From a virus: a DNA stretch of 64,000 nt. Position numbers and translations under genes: made by a program. This document shows, one piece after another, positions 1-9,121 of this stretch. The stretch lies in IMG/VR virus record IMGVR_UViG_3300048912_000204. One strand, 5' to 3'. The notes beneath the pieces are model-generated. The model had not been told where the DNA came from. It worked only from the letters and a program-made list of their open reading frames with translations, and did not search any database. Numbering within the stretch: position 1 is the stretch's first letter; each line of letters begins with the position of its first letter.

Positions 1-701
1 GTCACGGAACCGGCGGGCAGGACCAGACCGGTCGCGTTGACGGTCCCGTTGACGGTGACGTTGCCGTTGACGGTGCCGCCCGTGGTCCGGTCCAGGAACT
101 TGGACGTGGCCCAGGACCGGTCACCGTGCGGGTCGGCTCCTCCGGCATGCGCGGCAACGGCTGCTGCACCCGCTCCGGCGACCTCTGCGCCGATGTTGGC
201 CGGGGTGAGCGGGTCACTTCCCCCGGTGGCGTGAGAGGACTTGTGAGGCAGCGCGGTGACGGTTGCGGAGCCGTCCACGGTGAGGTTCCCGGTGACCCGC
301 AGGCTGCCGTTGACGGTGCCTCCGCTGACGTTGCCGCCCCCGGTCGGCCCGACGGGGATGAGCGCGCCCATGCTGACGGACGGGGTGTTCTTGGTGAGGG
401 AGATGTGGAACGGATCGGGGGTGGGGACCCCGCTGAAGTTCATCTCGACCTTGTACGTCCAGCCGGTGGGGCTGATACCGGTTGCGTCCGGTGCAAGGAG
501 GACGGCGCTGTAGTTGCCGTCGGCATCGCAGTCTGCGGCGACCGCTCCGATGATCTGCGTGCTGGTGGCCGTGGCCACGATCCACGGTGCGTCAGGAGTG
601 AAGACGACCCGCCCGGTGAGGGGCTGCGGGGTGCCTCCGGTTCCGGGGCGCGTGGCCCGTCCGGTCACGGTCACGGTGGCTAAGCCAGGGGGTAACGCCA
701 T
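1..701 (-). CDS. Virion fibre/minor tail-like protein, truncated at the window edge
   Basis: Manual translation from ATG 701 (GGAG RBS): MALPPGLATVTVTGRATRPG...GWTYKVEMNF...HKSSHATGGSDPLTP. The N-terminal domain and the HxxSHAxGGSD motif are shared with 823..2292. Absent from the ORF track because it runs off the edge. Confidence 0.7.
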   Translation of the reverse strand, partial: MALPPGLATVTVTGRATRPGTGGTPQPLTGRVVFTPDAPWIVATATSTQIIGAVAADCDADGNYSAVLLAPDATGISPTGWTYKVEMNFSGVPTPDPFHISLTKNTPSVSMGALIPVGPTGGGNVSGGTVNGSLRVTGNLTVDGSATVTALPHKSSHATGGSDPLTPANIGAEVAGAGAAAVAAHAGGADPHGDRSWATSKFLDRTTGGTVNGNVTVNGTVNATGLVLPAGSV

Positions 702-822
702 CTGACACTCCTGCACTTATGACGCGTTGTTGTTTGAATGCCTCGATTGTCTCACGCACGGATCATGCCGGGTAGGTCCGGAGAAACGGCGCAGCCCCGG
801 CGGAAGGGCCGGGGCTGCGGGT

Positions 823-2292
823 CTAGGCGGGTGCGATCACGGTGACGGTGCCGCTGCTCCCCTTGTATTTCAAGGCGCCGCTCTCGACGTACATCACGCC
901 GCCCGATGTGGGGTTCGTGCTGGGCGGGGTCGTGCAGTTGTTGATCAGCATGGCCGCACCGTTGGCCCCGCCGAACGACCCACCCGAACCAAGCCGGAGG
1001 TTCTGGAGCTGACTTGTTCCGCTGCTCGTGAAGGTAGTGCCCGTCAAGGCGCCGGTAAGCGTGCCTCCGGTCAGTGGCAGGAGCGCGGCCAGAGCAGCGG
1101 TGAGCCCCGTTACCTGGGCCTGTGTGAGGGTAACGGCGTCGGACCCTCCGGCGGCGTGAGAGGCCGCGTGTGCTGCCGGTACCTGGGTGAGCGTGACGAT
1201 CGTCCCGTCGGACTGCCGGACCTTCGCCACGCCTCCTTCCGCGTAGAGGACGACGCCTCCGGCCGGATTGGAGGTCGGCACGGTGGTTGCGTTGGTCAGG
1301 CCCAGCAGACCGCCCGCTCCTCCGCCGAAGGATGACGTGGTCGCACCGAACTGCATGCCGACCACCGCGTACGCGGTGCCCTGTGCAACCAGGTTGCCGT
1401 TGGGTCCGATGCGGGTTGTGACGACGGAGGACGGGTTTTTCCACTCGAAGCTGTTGTTGACGCCGTCGCCGACGGTGGTCACTTTGCCGGTGAGCGTGCC
1501 GCCGGACAGGGGCAGCAGTGCCGCCAGAGCGGAGAGCAGCCCGGTGATCTGGGCCTGGGTGAGCGTTACCGGGTCGGATCCACCCTCGGCGTGGCTCGCG
1601 GCGTGTGCGGTAGGCGTACGGGCGTTCACGGTCGACGGGTCGTCCGACTTGAGGGCGATGGCCGAGCCTGCTCCGGCGGCACCCAGCGGGGGCTGAGGGC
1701 CGGTGGCTCCCGTGGGTCCTTGCGGCCCGATGTCTCCTTGCGGTCCGGTCGCTCCGGTTGCGCCGGTCGGGCCCGTCAGTCCCGTCGGTCCCGTGGCACC
1801 CGTGGGTCCTGCCGGGCCCTGCACGCCTTGCAAACCCTGGGGCCCAGTCGCTCCGGTCGCTCCGGTCGCTCCGACGGGGCCCTGAGGACCGGCCGGGCCC
1901 TGAGGTCCGATCGGCCCGGGGACGGTGATGTAGGAGCCGGTGGGGGTGTCCGCTGCGGGAGCAACCTCGGCCAGCTTGACGACCGGTGCAGCAGCGGGCA
2001 GGAGCAGCGGGTAGGTGCGGCCCTTCGCGCCGATCCACGACTCGGTGACGGTGTAGGCCCAGCCGGTGGGGTTGATACCTGCGGAGTCGCTGGCCAGGAC
2101 GGTGACCTCTGCGACCCCGCCCGCGACGGCGTCGAAGACCATGACGGCGCTGCCGATGATGAGGTTGTTGCCGTCGGCGTCGGTGATGAGCGGGGGCGCC
2201 GGAGTCAGCGTGATGGACCCGTACATCGGTTTGCCGTCGGGGTGAAAGCAGCGGGCTTGTATGGTTACGGTCTGTAAGTCGGGTAAGGCCAT
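823..2292 (-). CDS. Collagen-like fibre/minor tail protein
   Basis: Start MALPDLQTV at 2292 with AGGAG RBS. Gly-X-Y run ([22 protein letters not shown]...) at about 1690-1915 and two HAASHAxGGSDxVTLTQAQ repeats. Confidence 0.8.
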   Translation of the reverse strand: MALPDLQTVTIQARCFHPDGKPMYGSITLTPAPPLITDADGNNLIIGSAVMVFDAVAGGVAEVTVLASDSAGINPTGWAYTVTESWIGAKGRTYPLLLPAAAPVVKLAEVAPAADTPTGSYITVPGPIGPQGPAGPQGPVGATGATGATGPQGLQGVQGPAGPTGATGPTGLTGPTGATGATGPQGDIGPQGPTGATGPQPPLGAAGAGSAIALKSDDPSTVNARTPTAHAASHAEGGSDPVTLTQAQITGLLSALAALLPLSGGTLTGKVTTVGDGVNNSFEWKNPSSVVTTRIGPNGNLVAQGTAYAVVGMQFGATTSSFGGGAGGLLGLTNATTVPTSNPAGGVVLYAEGGVAKVRQSDGTIVTLTQVPAAHAASHAAGGSDAVTLTQAQVTGLTAALAALLPLTGGTLTGALTGTTFTSSGTSQLQNLRLGSGGSFGGANGAAMLINNCTTPPSTNPTSGGVMYVESGALKYKGSSGTVTVIAPA

Positions 2293-2321
2293 GTTCTCTC
2301 CTGCTGTGCCCCCGGATACGA

Positions 2322-2358
2322 CGAAAGCCCCGCAGTCCCGAAGGACTGGGGGCTTTCG
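2322..2358 (-). terminator. Intrinsic terminator
   Basis: Minus strand CGAAAGCCCCCAGTCC-TTCG-GGACTGCGGGGCTTTCG: UUCG-capped stem downstream of 2425..2817. Confidence 0.65.
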
Positions 2359-2424
2359 ATGGGTACAGCTATGGTAACGCGGCGGTAACTGGTAAAGCAC
2401 GTTCCGATTGAGTAACGCCGCAGG

Positions 2425-2817
2425 TCAGCCGCCGAGCCAGATCAGGGTGAAACCGAGCACGGTAGCCCAGGGCTTGCCCGCTTCGGGGAAGCCCCGCTCC
2501 CACACGTTCCGCAGCGGGATGTGCACGTCCTGGTGCTGGATCGTCTCGGGCGACCCGATGGTGCCGGTGGTGAAGTGGAGGTTGAAGGCACCGTATTCCC
2601 CGGCGACGCGGAGCAGACCGTACGCCTCGTCCTGGGTGACCTCCAGCAGGAGGCCCTTGCGGAACTCCTCGGTGACGTTGGCCCGCTCCAAGTGCTCGTG
2701 GAAGGTCCAGAGCCTGCGAATGGCGTTCTTGGCCGGGCTGTCGTCGTTCGTGAGAGGGCGCCGCTCGGGAGGGATGCGCTGGATGCGGTCCGGGGAGGTG
2801 AACTCGTCCACGGTCAT
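2425..2817 (-). CDS. Hypothetical protein (130 aa)
   Basis: ATG 2817 overlaps the stop of the upstream gene; high-GC3 codon pattern. Confidence 0.6.
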   Translation of the reverse strand: MTVDEFTSPDRIQRIPPERRPLTNDDSPAKNAIRRLWTFHEHLERANVTEEFRKGLLLEVTQDEAYGLLRVAGEYGAFNLHFTTGTIGSPETIQHQDVHIPLRNVWERGFPEAGKPWATVLGFTLIWLGG

Positions 2818-3380
2818 TCTCCGTTCGAGGGGACGGGGTCCGGCCCGGGGTAGACGGTCCGATACAGGGAGCGGAACTGGGGATGGTCGGGAAGACCGGC
2901 CCCGGGGCTCCAGGCCCACGGATAGTCGGCGTCCCACACGGAGAACAGGACATGTCCGGCGGGCGGCAGCTCGGTGATCTTGGCGAGGATCCCGGGGTTC
3001 TCCTTGTGGACATAGATGCCGCCCACGGTCAGCTCCACGGTGGGCTGCTTGGGCTTGACGTCCTGGATACCGGTGACCTGGACCCGGAAGATCTCGCGGG
3101 CCGCCAGCGCGTCGGCCGTCCAGCCGGGCAGGACGGGCTTGACCTCCGGGGCGCTTCTGGGGTTCAGGAAGCGGGCTTCCAGTTCGTCAGTCGATGCCCG
3201 GCCCAGAGCCGCGATCTCCTGCTGCCGCAGGGCGTGCAGGTACAGGGCGCGGATGTCTTCGAGCGGGATCTCGATCTCGGCGGTGGTGGACGTGTAGAAC
3301 TGCTCGGTCCTCGCGCGGACGGCGCTCAAGTCCCCGGCGAATTCGTACGTCTTGCCGGACGGGCCGGTGAAGTAGGGCAT
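2814..3380 (-). CDS. Hypothetical protein (188 aa)
   Basis: MPYFTGPSGKTY start with AAGGAG RBS. Confidence 0.65.
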   Translation of the reverse strand: MPYFTGPSGKTYEFAGDLSAVRARTEQFYTSTTAEIEIPLEDIRALYLHALRQQEIAALGRASTDELEARFLNPRSAPEVKPVLPGWTADALAAREIFRVQVTGIQDVKPKQPTVELTVGGIYVHKENPGILAKITELPPAGHVLFSVWDADYPWAWSPGAGLPDHPQFRSLYRTVYPGPDPVPSNGE

Positions 3381-3382
3381 GG

Positions 3383-3649
3383 TCAGGACTCCTTGGGCGG
3401 GAGGGGGATGGGAGGGCCGAAGTCGAAGGCGTCCCCGATGGCGAGGCGCAGGGCGTTCGCGTCGAGGAGGTAGAACTTGTCGGGCGGGCACAGGTAGCTG
3501 GGCCGGACCATCCAGAGGTTGCCGAGGCCGATCTCCTCGACCAGGGCTTGGACGGCTTCCTGCTGATCGGGTGAGCACATGATCAGCTTGGGGGCCGTTT
3601 GCTGGTAGAGCTGGGCCAGGCTGCGGATCTTGTCTTCGAACGAGGTCAT
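3383..3649 (-). CDS. Hypothetical protein (88 aa)
   Basis: ORF just downstream of a TAGGGT promoter-like motif at about 3682; packs tightly against the next gene. Confidence 0.65.
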   Translation of the reverse strand: MTSFEDKIRSLAQLYQQTAPKLIMCSPDQQEAVQALVEEIGLGNLWMVRPSYLCPPDKFYLLDANALRLAIGDAFDFGPPIPLPPKES

Positions 3650-3718
3650 GCAGAAGCCCCCTGAGGGTGAAAAGGTGTCTCTACCCTATCACATCAGGGG
3701 GCTTCGGGGCTCTCCGGT

Positions 3719-3910
3719 CTATTCCCAGGGATACAGGATGCCGACGTCCCGCAGGTACCTGTCGGCCATCTCCCGGTACTTCCTCCGCTGCTCCGGATCG
3801 ACGCCGTCCCGGTCGAAGTAGGACCAGCGGATCACGTCGATTGCCCGGCGCCGCTCGGCATCCGCTTCGACGTCTTCCTGCTCTTCATCTGTCAGCCGTA
3901 TACGAGGCAT
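3719..3910 (-). CDS. Hypothetical protein (63 aa)
   Basis: MPRIRLTDEEQEDV..., in frame within track ORF 3719..3997; fills the gap after the peptidase. Confidence 0.5.
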   Translation of the reverse strand: MPRIRLTDEEQEDVEADAERRRAIDVIRWSYFDRDGVDPEQRRKYREMADRYLRDVGILYPWE

Positions 3911-3923
3911 GCAGCGGAGTATG

Positions 3924-4763
3924 TCAGGCGGTGACGACAATCCCCTGCCGTTTGGCCCAAGCCTGGAGTGAGCGGTATGCGGCCAGCACGTCGGCATCCG
4001 TCACAGCGGGGACCGGTACAGGGACCGGGGCGGGCTGCGGGGCGTTGAAGTGGGGGACGGTCACGTCGCCCTGCTTGGACAGCAGCCACTGCATGTCGGC
4101 CTTGGAGATGTACGCGCGGCCCTGGATGCCCCAGCCGGTCCCCCAGGAGTTCGTGATGCCGTAGCGGCTCCGCTCGACGTCGAGTTCATCGATCACGTAC
4201 TCGTGGCCCCCCAGAACCTCTCCGGTGCGGTCGACGGTGAGCGTGCCGTCCGCTGCGGGGTCCTCCATGGAAGCCATCCACTGGGTTCCTGCCATGACCG
4301 GGCCGGACTGCAAGGCGGCGTCCAGGGAGGCCATGGTGAAGACGTGGGAGTACGTGTCGGCCTGGCCGAGGGCCTTGAGCGTCTTGGCTGCGGAGACGCC
4401 GTCGGAGCCGGTGTCGGTGGGCTTGTAGGTGCCCGCGAAGCTGTCAAGGCGGGTGTTCAGTTCGTAACAGAGGACGGCGAGGTCTTCGTCCACGGTGTGC
4501 GTTCCGGCGGTGAAGACGCCCCGGGTGGCGTCGGCCTGCGCGGTGGTCACGAGGATGCTGGTGGCTCCGGTGCGGCCTAAGGAGTCGGTGCCGATGAGTC
4601 CGGCCGCCGCGTTGCCGGTGCAGCTTCCTACCTGGCCCTGGTCGAAGACGGGGGCGCGACGGGTCCAACGGATGGACTTGATGGCGCCCTTGGGGAGAGG
4701 GCCGACGGAGTAGGCGAGGGAGCGGGGGTCGTGATTGACCTTGCGGCCGTAGGTACGGGACAT
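3924..4763 (-). CDS. Papain-like (C1A) cysteine peptidase
   Basis: Catalytic motifs QGQVGSCTG (Gln/Cys48), GGHEY (His) and ITNSWGTGWG (Asn). Pro-rich linker PAPVPVPVP precedes a short C-terminal helix. Confidence 0.85.
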   Translation of the reverse strand: MSRTYGRKVNHDPRSLAYSVGPLPKGAIKSIRWTRRAPVFDQGQVGSCTGNAAAGLIGTDSLGRTGATSILVTTAQADATRGVFTAGTHTVDEDLAVLCYELNTRLDSFAGTYKPTDTGSDGVSAAKTLKALGQADTYSHVFTMASLDAALQSGPVMAGTQWMASMEDPAADGTLTVDRTGEVLGGHEYVIDELDVERSRYGITNSWGTGWGIQGRAYISKADMQWLLSKQGDVTVPHFNAPQPAPVPVPVPAVTDADVLAAYRSLQAWAKRQGIVVTA

Positions 4764-5027
4764 CAGCGTGCAGCCTCTCGTGCAGCGGTAGTAAACAGCT
4801 AATTATCGGCGTTACCGCTGGAGACCCGGGTAAAGCGGGCATCACGAGTGGGTGAGAGCTTCCTGTGCCGACGGTCAGTAAAGAACGCGCAAGGGTTGTA
4901 CGGAAACCGTGACTTTTTGTGTGGGATAGCTCTCAGACATCTTTCGTTGCAGACCGGGTAAACGATTAGGTTACTCAGCGGTACGTGCAGGTTACGCGAC
5001 AGTACGTGATCCTTTTCGGGCAAAGAG

Positions 5028-5059
5028 AAGCGCCGGAGAGTCCCCACTCTCCGGCGCTT
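5028..5059 (-). terminator. Perfect 14-bp hairpin, probable terminator
   Basis: AAGCGCCGGAGAGT-CCCC-ACTCTCCGGCGCTT; CTCTTT follows on the minus strand. Confidence 0.55.
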
Positions 5060-5113
5060 GATCTGGAGCCCGTCTGCCTGAGCCCGTCTGAACTTGCGAT
5101 TCAACCAGCCGTA

Positions 5114-5281
5114 CTACTGCACGATCCGACGAAATTGAAGATCATTTTCCAGCGCTTCGGCTACCCAGTCCGGGAGAACCCGGACATTTTCATCTCCCGC
5201 ATTCTCGTCATTCTGGACAAGAGTGGCGAAAGGGTCCTCTGCTCCGAAAGCAGAGGTCATGAGGGTAGTAAAAACGGGCAT
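5114..5281 (-). CDS. Small acidic hypothetical protein (55 aa)
   Basis: AGGAG RBS 6 nt before ATG; MPVFTTLMTSAFGAEDPF... Confidence 0.45.
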   Translation of the reverse strand: MPVFTTLMTSAFGAEDPFATLVQNDENAGDENVRVLPDWVAEALENDLQFRRIVQ

Positions 5282-5387
5282 AGACGACTCCTGGAGCAAA
5301 ACGGCAAGCCGCCGTTGACCGTCCCCCCTGATGGAGACTTTGTGAAGGACACATTACTCCGAAGAACCGTCTGACCCCTAGTAGTGA

Positions 5388-5771
5388 TCACCGACCTTTG
5401 GTGACAGCCTTCGGGCTCCGCTTGCGCTTGTCCTGGGCGGAGAAGGTCACGCGCCACTTGCCCTCGCCGATCCGGTGGATCGGGTCCAGGGAGATACCCA
5501 CGTTCAGGTAAACGGCCGAGGCCCGGAGCCGACGCCACACCTCCTCGGCCATCTCCTGGGTCCTCGCGTCCACGCGCATGGCTGGCCGCTCGCGTCGGGC
5601 GGAGGGCTTGCCCGCGTCAGTCCACTTCTTGTACGCCTCGGTTACGAGGCCGTCGAAGTAGGTCTGCACCTCATCCCTCTTGTTGGGACGCTCGACTGCT
5701 CGCAGGGTCGTCTCGCCCGTGGCGAGGGTGGTGAGGTCTTCGGGCGACAGACGTTCGCGTTCGGTCTGCAT
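5388..5771 (-). CDS. Hypothetical protein (127 aa)
   Basis: AGGAG RBS 9 nt upstream of MQTERE; high GC3. Confidence 0.65.
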   Translation of the reverse strand: MQTERERLSPEDLTTLATGETTLRAVERPNKRDEVQTYFDGLVTEAYKKWTDAGKPSARRERPAMRVDARTQEMAEEVWRRLRASAVYLNVGISLDPIHRIGEGKWRVTFSAQDKRKRSPKAVTKGR

Positions 5772-6118
5772 TACAAGCATCTCCTGGGTGAGGGCTGTGG
5801 GTCGTGCATCCTGCGGGTGGTGCAACGGTTCTCACACATGGCAAAACCACCAGTACGTGTCTGTTACCCCGATTTGGCGGACACGTGCCTGGTATGTACT
5901 ACTTTCTTCATTTTGCCACGGAAGGGCTCCCCGGGATCGAGGAGCCCTTGTCTCTACACTAGCGCTATAACGACTCTATCACTCGTACATGACTGCTGTG
6001 TTACCTAAGAACGCTGCTTACAACCCGCGTTTTACTCGTCGGTAGCGACGAACATACTTTATCTGCGGGCTAACTCGCAACCGAACACCGCCTAGTTGAG
6101 TCGTCGGTTAGCGGTGCG

Positions 6119-6301
6119 TTAGAGGATGTCCCCGCGCCCTGCGTTCAGGATGTTGTAGGCGTTGAACTTGCGCTTCAGAACGCCGTCACCGCAGGTCAGA
6201 CACGTTGTGTCTACCAGCTTGTCCCGATCTTCCATCTTGGCCGTGAGGTCCGACTTTGCACCGCACTCAGGATTAGAACAGACGTACGAATACTGTGGCA
6301 T
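6119..6301 (-). CDS. FmdB-like zinc-ribbon protein
   Basis: MPQYSYVCSNPECG...CLTCG pattern typical of FmdB-family zinc ribbons; AGGAG RBS. Confidence 0.7.
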   Translation of the reverse strand: MPQYSYVCSNPECGAKSDLTAKMEDRDKLVDTTCLTCGDGVLKRKFNAYNILNAGRGDIL

Positions 6302-6302
6302 T

Positions 6303-6638
6303 TCATGCTCCTAACTTGTTGAAATTGAACCGAATATGACCGGGCGGAATTCGCCTGTCCGAAAGTAAGCACAAAGGGAAAAAACAGCCGCTCCTCTGAT
6401 TGCGATCCTCGACAGACGATCGCAACTGCAACGAGGAACACCCTGCATACCGGGACAAACCACGGCAACTCGCCCGCTGGTCCAGCAAATCGCTTGCACG
6501 GTCCGCCGTGGCCAGATACCCCTCCCAGACGGCCTCCGCTTCCCCGTACTCCCGGGACTGCTCCGCCGCCCGCAGCGCCCAGACCCGAAGGAGTTCCAGG
6601 CGTTGCGAGGACAGGCCCCCGTGTAACCAGGCGCCCAT
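6303..6638 (-). CDS. Hypothetical protein
   Basis: Start overlaps the upstream stop. The 5' half looks coding; the 3' half is AT-richer and contains a hairpin, so its extent is uncertain. Confidence 0.4.
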   Translation of the reverse strand: MGAWLHGGLSSQRLELLRVWALRAAEQSREYGEAEAVWEGYLATADRASDLLDQRASCRGLSRYAGCSSLQLRSSVEDRNQRSGCFFPLCLLSDRRIPPGHIRFNFNKLGA

Positions 6639-6895
6639 CAGAGCTTCCTGGCGATCTCGGCGAGGACGTGCGCGATGCCGTCCCGGGTGCGGTCACTGAC
6701 CACAGCCGCCCGGCGCCATTCGTTGTCGTCCTCGCGGGGCAGGAGACTGCGGGCGATGGCCGTGGTCAGCGGGTCCAGGCAGACGCACTCCGAGCTGTGG
6801 CCGGGGTGGTCCCCGTAGTGCTCCTGGACGGCTTGCGAGAGCTGCAACAGGGTCAGGTGGACACCCGGGGATACCGGGGTCTTGTACGGGCTCAC
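6638..6895 (-). CDS. Hypothetical protein (85 aa) with Cys/His cluster
   Basis: ORF track; HYGDHPGHSSECVC motif; AGGAG RBS. Confidence 0.6.
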   Translation of the reverse strand: MSPYKTPVSPGVHLTLLQLSQAVQEHYGDHPGHSSECVCLDPLTTAIARSLLPREDDNEWRRAAVVSDRTRDGIAHVLAEIARKL

Positions 6896-6903
6896 GGGGG
6901 CTC

Positions 6904-7293
6904 CTAGCAGGCGATCAGATGGGTGGTGGGTTGGAACGTGGAGGTCCGCTCGACCTGGTAGCCGTCACCGGTCGAATAGACGACCGTCTTCACGCCTGCC
7001 CGCTCGATAGCCGTCCAGCAGCGTTGGCACGGGCGGGAGAGGGCCAGGGAACCGGTCGGGGACAGGCGGACCACGTACAGGGTCGCTCCGGCGGCGTGTG
7101 TGCGCCGTAAGGCGGCTGCTTCGGCGTGGACGGAGGATCCGAGGTAGTTGATCGTCGGGGGGTTGCGGTGCTTGTTCGGGGAGCCCGCGAGGACCGCCCC
7201 GCCGCGTACGACCAGTGAGCCGTGCTTAAAAGGGCAGTCAGAGAGCGCTGCATTACGGGCTGCAAGTTCAAGAAACCGCAGGTGGCGACTCAT
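6904..7293 (-). CDS. Cytidine/deoxycytidylate deaminase family protein
   Basis: HAE (VHAEAAAL) and PCxxC (RPCQRC) zinc-binding motifs; HGSLVV segment. Confidence 0.85.
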   Translation of the reverse strand: MSRHLRFLELAARNAALSDCPFKHGSLVVRGGAVLAGSPNKHRNPPTINYLGSSVHAEAAALRRTHAAGATLYVVRLSPTGSLALSRPCQRCWTAIERAGVKTVVYSTGDGYQVERTSTFQPTTHLIAC

Positions 7294-7347
7294 TTACCCT
7301 CCCCGATCAACCTCCGCTCTACCCTACCACCGGGGCTAAAACAAGAA

Positions 7348-7378
7348 GAAGCCCCGCCTGGTGACCAGACGGGGCTTC
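7348..7378 (-). terminator. Intrinsic terminator
   Basis: GAAGCCCCG...CGGGGCTTC stem followed by TTCTTGTTTT on the minus strand. Confidence 0.65.
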
Positions 7379-7393
7379 TCGGGGTGCGGGGGT

Positions 7394-7639
7394 TCAGTCC
7401 TGCCGGTACGCCTTGGGGTTCCTGATCAAGTCGTAGGCCAGGAACGGCCAGGCTGCTACGAACACCAGCATGACCGGGGCCATGAGGAAGGCGAGGAGTG
7501 CCGGGTGGACGTACGGCCCTGGTGAGCGGGTGACCGCGTACCGGTAGGCACCTCCCAGGCCGTCGGGGAATGCCCACCCGATGACGGCCATTCCGACGCA
7601 ACCCCAGACGGCGAGCGCCAGGGTGATTTCGAGTGCCAC
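7394..7639 (-). CDS. Small membrane protein
   Basis: Two hydrophobic segments in 81 aa. Confidence 0.6.
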   Translation of the reverse strand: MALEITLALAVWGCVGMAVIGWAFPDGLGGAYRYAVTRSPGPYVHPALLAFLMAPVMLVFVAAWPFLAYDLIRNPKAYRQD

Positions 7640-7669
7640 AGTTGCCCCCGTGAGCGGTTGACGGTGTGT

Positions 7670-8200
7670 CTACCCTACCCGCCAGTCCGGGGAGTCTCCC
7701 AGGACTTCGGCGAGCCGCCGGAGGCTCTGCGGACCGACCCCGGGCACCCGGCGGATGTCCTTGACGGGCATCTCCAGCAGCAATTCGAGCGGGGTATCGC
7801 TGCGCACGAAGGCGTCTGACCAGGTGTTGGGGACGGGCTCGGTCCGGGACTGGGCCGGGAGCTTTGCGTACTCCCGCTGCACCAGGTAGTCCCGCAGGCG
7901 CCGCGCGGTGCGGTGGCCCACCTCGTCGTGTCCCAGCAGGTCGAACAGGGGCTGATCCTTGCAGCCGGGGGCGCAGGTGCTGGCGATTCTGGGTCCTCGC
8001 CGGGCGCGGTCCTGTTCCCGTTCCCGCCGGGTTGTGGCGTTGTCGGGATTGTGGGCGGGGCAGAAGTAGCGGCTGCCGCCCCTGCCTCCGCGTCGTACCC
8101 AGTTGTGCTGGTAGAGGAGCTGTTCGGCCTGGCGGATGAGCAGTGCCGGAGGGGTTTCGAAGGTGCTCTTGCAGCCTGTACGGCCACAGTTGATCAGCAT
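7670..8200 (-). CDS. Protein with N-terminal Zn-binding motif and C-terminal helix-hairpin-helix
   Basis: CGRTGC...FCPAH at the N-terminus; DIRRVPGVGPQSLRRL HhH-like motif at the C-terminus. Confidence 0.6.
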   Translation of the reverse strand: MLINCGRTGCKSTFETPPALLIRQAEQLLYQHNWVRRGGRGGSRYFCPAHNPDNATTRREREQDRARRGPRIASTCAPGCKDQPLFDLLGHDEVGHRTARRLRDYLVQREYAKLPAQSRTEPVPNTWSDAFVRSDTPLELLLEMPVKDIRRVPGVGPQSLRRLAEVLGDSPDWRVG

Positions 8201-8362
8201 GCTGTTGTCTCCTGTGTGCGGTCCGGTCCGGTTGCTGGTTCGTCCGGACCGCTACCCGGCAGGTACCGGGTCGGTCTTCTCACGTCGCATAGCGTTCACC
8301 TTTCCAGAAAGAGCACTGCCCCCGGCGGGTAGACCGGGGGCAGGTGGCGGGGTTGGCTGGAT

Positions 8363-8728
8363 TTAGTCGGCTTCCAGCTCGACGGAGAGACTGTTACCCG
8401 AGCCCAGCCGGACAATCAGGGTGTTGTCGCCCTGGATCCGGACGCGCCCCGTCTTCTCGTGGTGGACCTCGATGCCGCCCCACTTGTTGTCGAACTTGAC
8501 GCGGGCGTTCCGGGGCAGGTTCACCTTGTCGCTGATGCCGGGCTGGCCCATGACGCGGACGTTGCTCTCGGGGATGTCCCCGCGCAGCAGGTCCAGCTCT
8601 TCGCGGAGCCGGGCCACCGTGCGGCGCTCGGCGGCCAGCTTCTCCTGGACCCAGACGGGGAGCTTGGCCTCCCGGGGGTCTGGGCTGGCGGGGATGAAGA
8701 CGGGCTTGGGTTCGGGGAAGGCGCTCAC
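8363..8728 (-). CDS. Hypothetical phage protein (121 aa)
   Basis: GTG start with GGAG RBS; coiled coil followed by a beta-rich segment. Confidence 0.65.
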   Translation of the reverse strand: MSAFPEPKPVFIPASPDPREAKLPVWVQEKLAAERRTVARLREELDLLRGDIPESNVRVMGQPGISDKVNLPRNARVKFDNKWGGIEVHHEKTGRVRIQGDNTLIVRLGSGNSLSVELEAD

Positions 8729-8780
8729 GCGTGCTCCAGGAGGTTGGGGTGGGTGGGTAGGTGGGTGGGTGGGTCACGGA

Positions 8781-9053
8781 CTACCAGGCGTGCATGGGCG
8801 GGGCGGGGATGCCGTAGAGGCCGGAGCGCTCTTCCTCGGCGAGGAGCTGCTCGTAGTCCCCGGTGCCGACGATCTCCCGGCCGCAGTCGCCGTAGCGGCG
8901 GGCGATGGCCGCTTCCATCTCGGCTTCGGCCTGGGCTTCGGCGCGCTCGTACATCTCCTGGGCCGTGTAGAACTCGAACTCCTGCCCGGCCCAGAGGTCT
9001 CCGGCGGTGGCGTAGGCCCAAGAGGTGTTGCTGATACGGGTGTCGGTCGTCAT
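8781..9053 (-). CDS. Hypothetical acidic protein (90 aa)
   Basis: AAGGAG RBS; first gene after the promoter at about 9090-9120. Confidence 0.7.
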   Translation of the reverse strand: MTTDTRISNTSWAYATAGDLWAGQEFEFYTAQEMYERAEAQAEAEMEAAIARRYGDCGREIVGTGDYEQLLAEEERSGLYGIPAPPMHAW

Positions 9054-9087
9054 CGCCGGTCTCCTTCGTGGTGTCCGTGACTTGTTG

Positions 9088-9121
9088 TATCTACCCTAGC
9101 ACATGTCTAGGAAATGGCAAG
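9088..9121 (-). promoter_or_regulatory. Sigma70/HrdB-type early promoter
   Basis: Minus strand TTGCCA-N16-TAGGGT with extended -10 TG (GTGCTAGGGTAGATA); the motif recurs about 10 times in the window. Confidence 0.6.

Noticed and set aside
4799-5104. 101-aa ORF MNRKFRR and the plus-strand ORF 4985..5374
   Set aside because: Low GC3, no clear RBS, and they run through a terminator-like hairpin.
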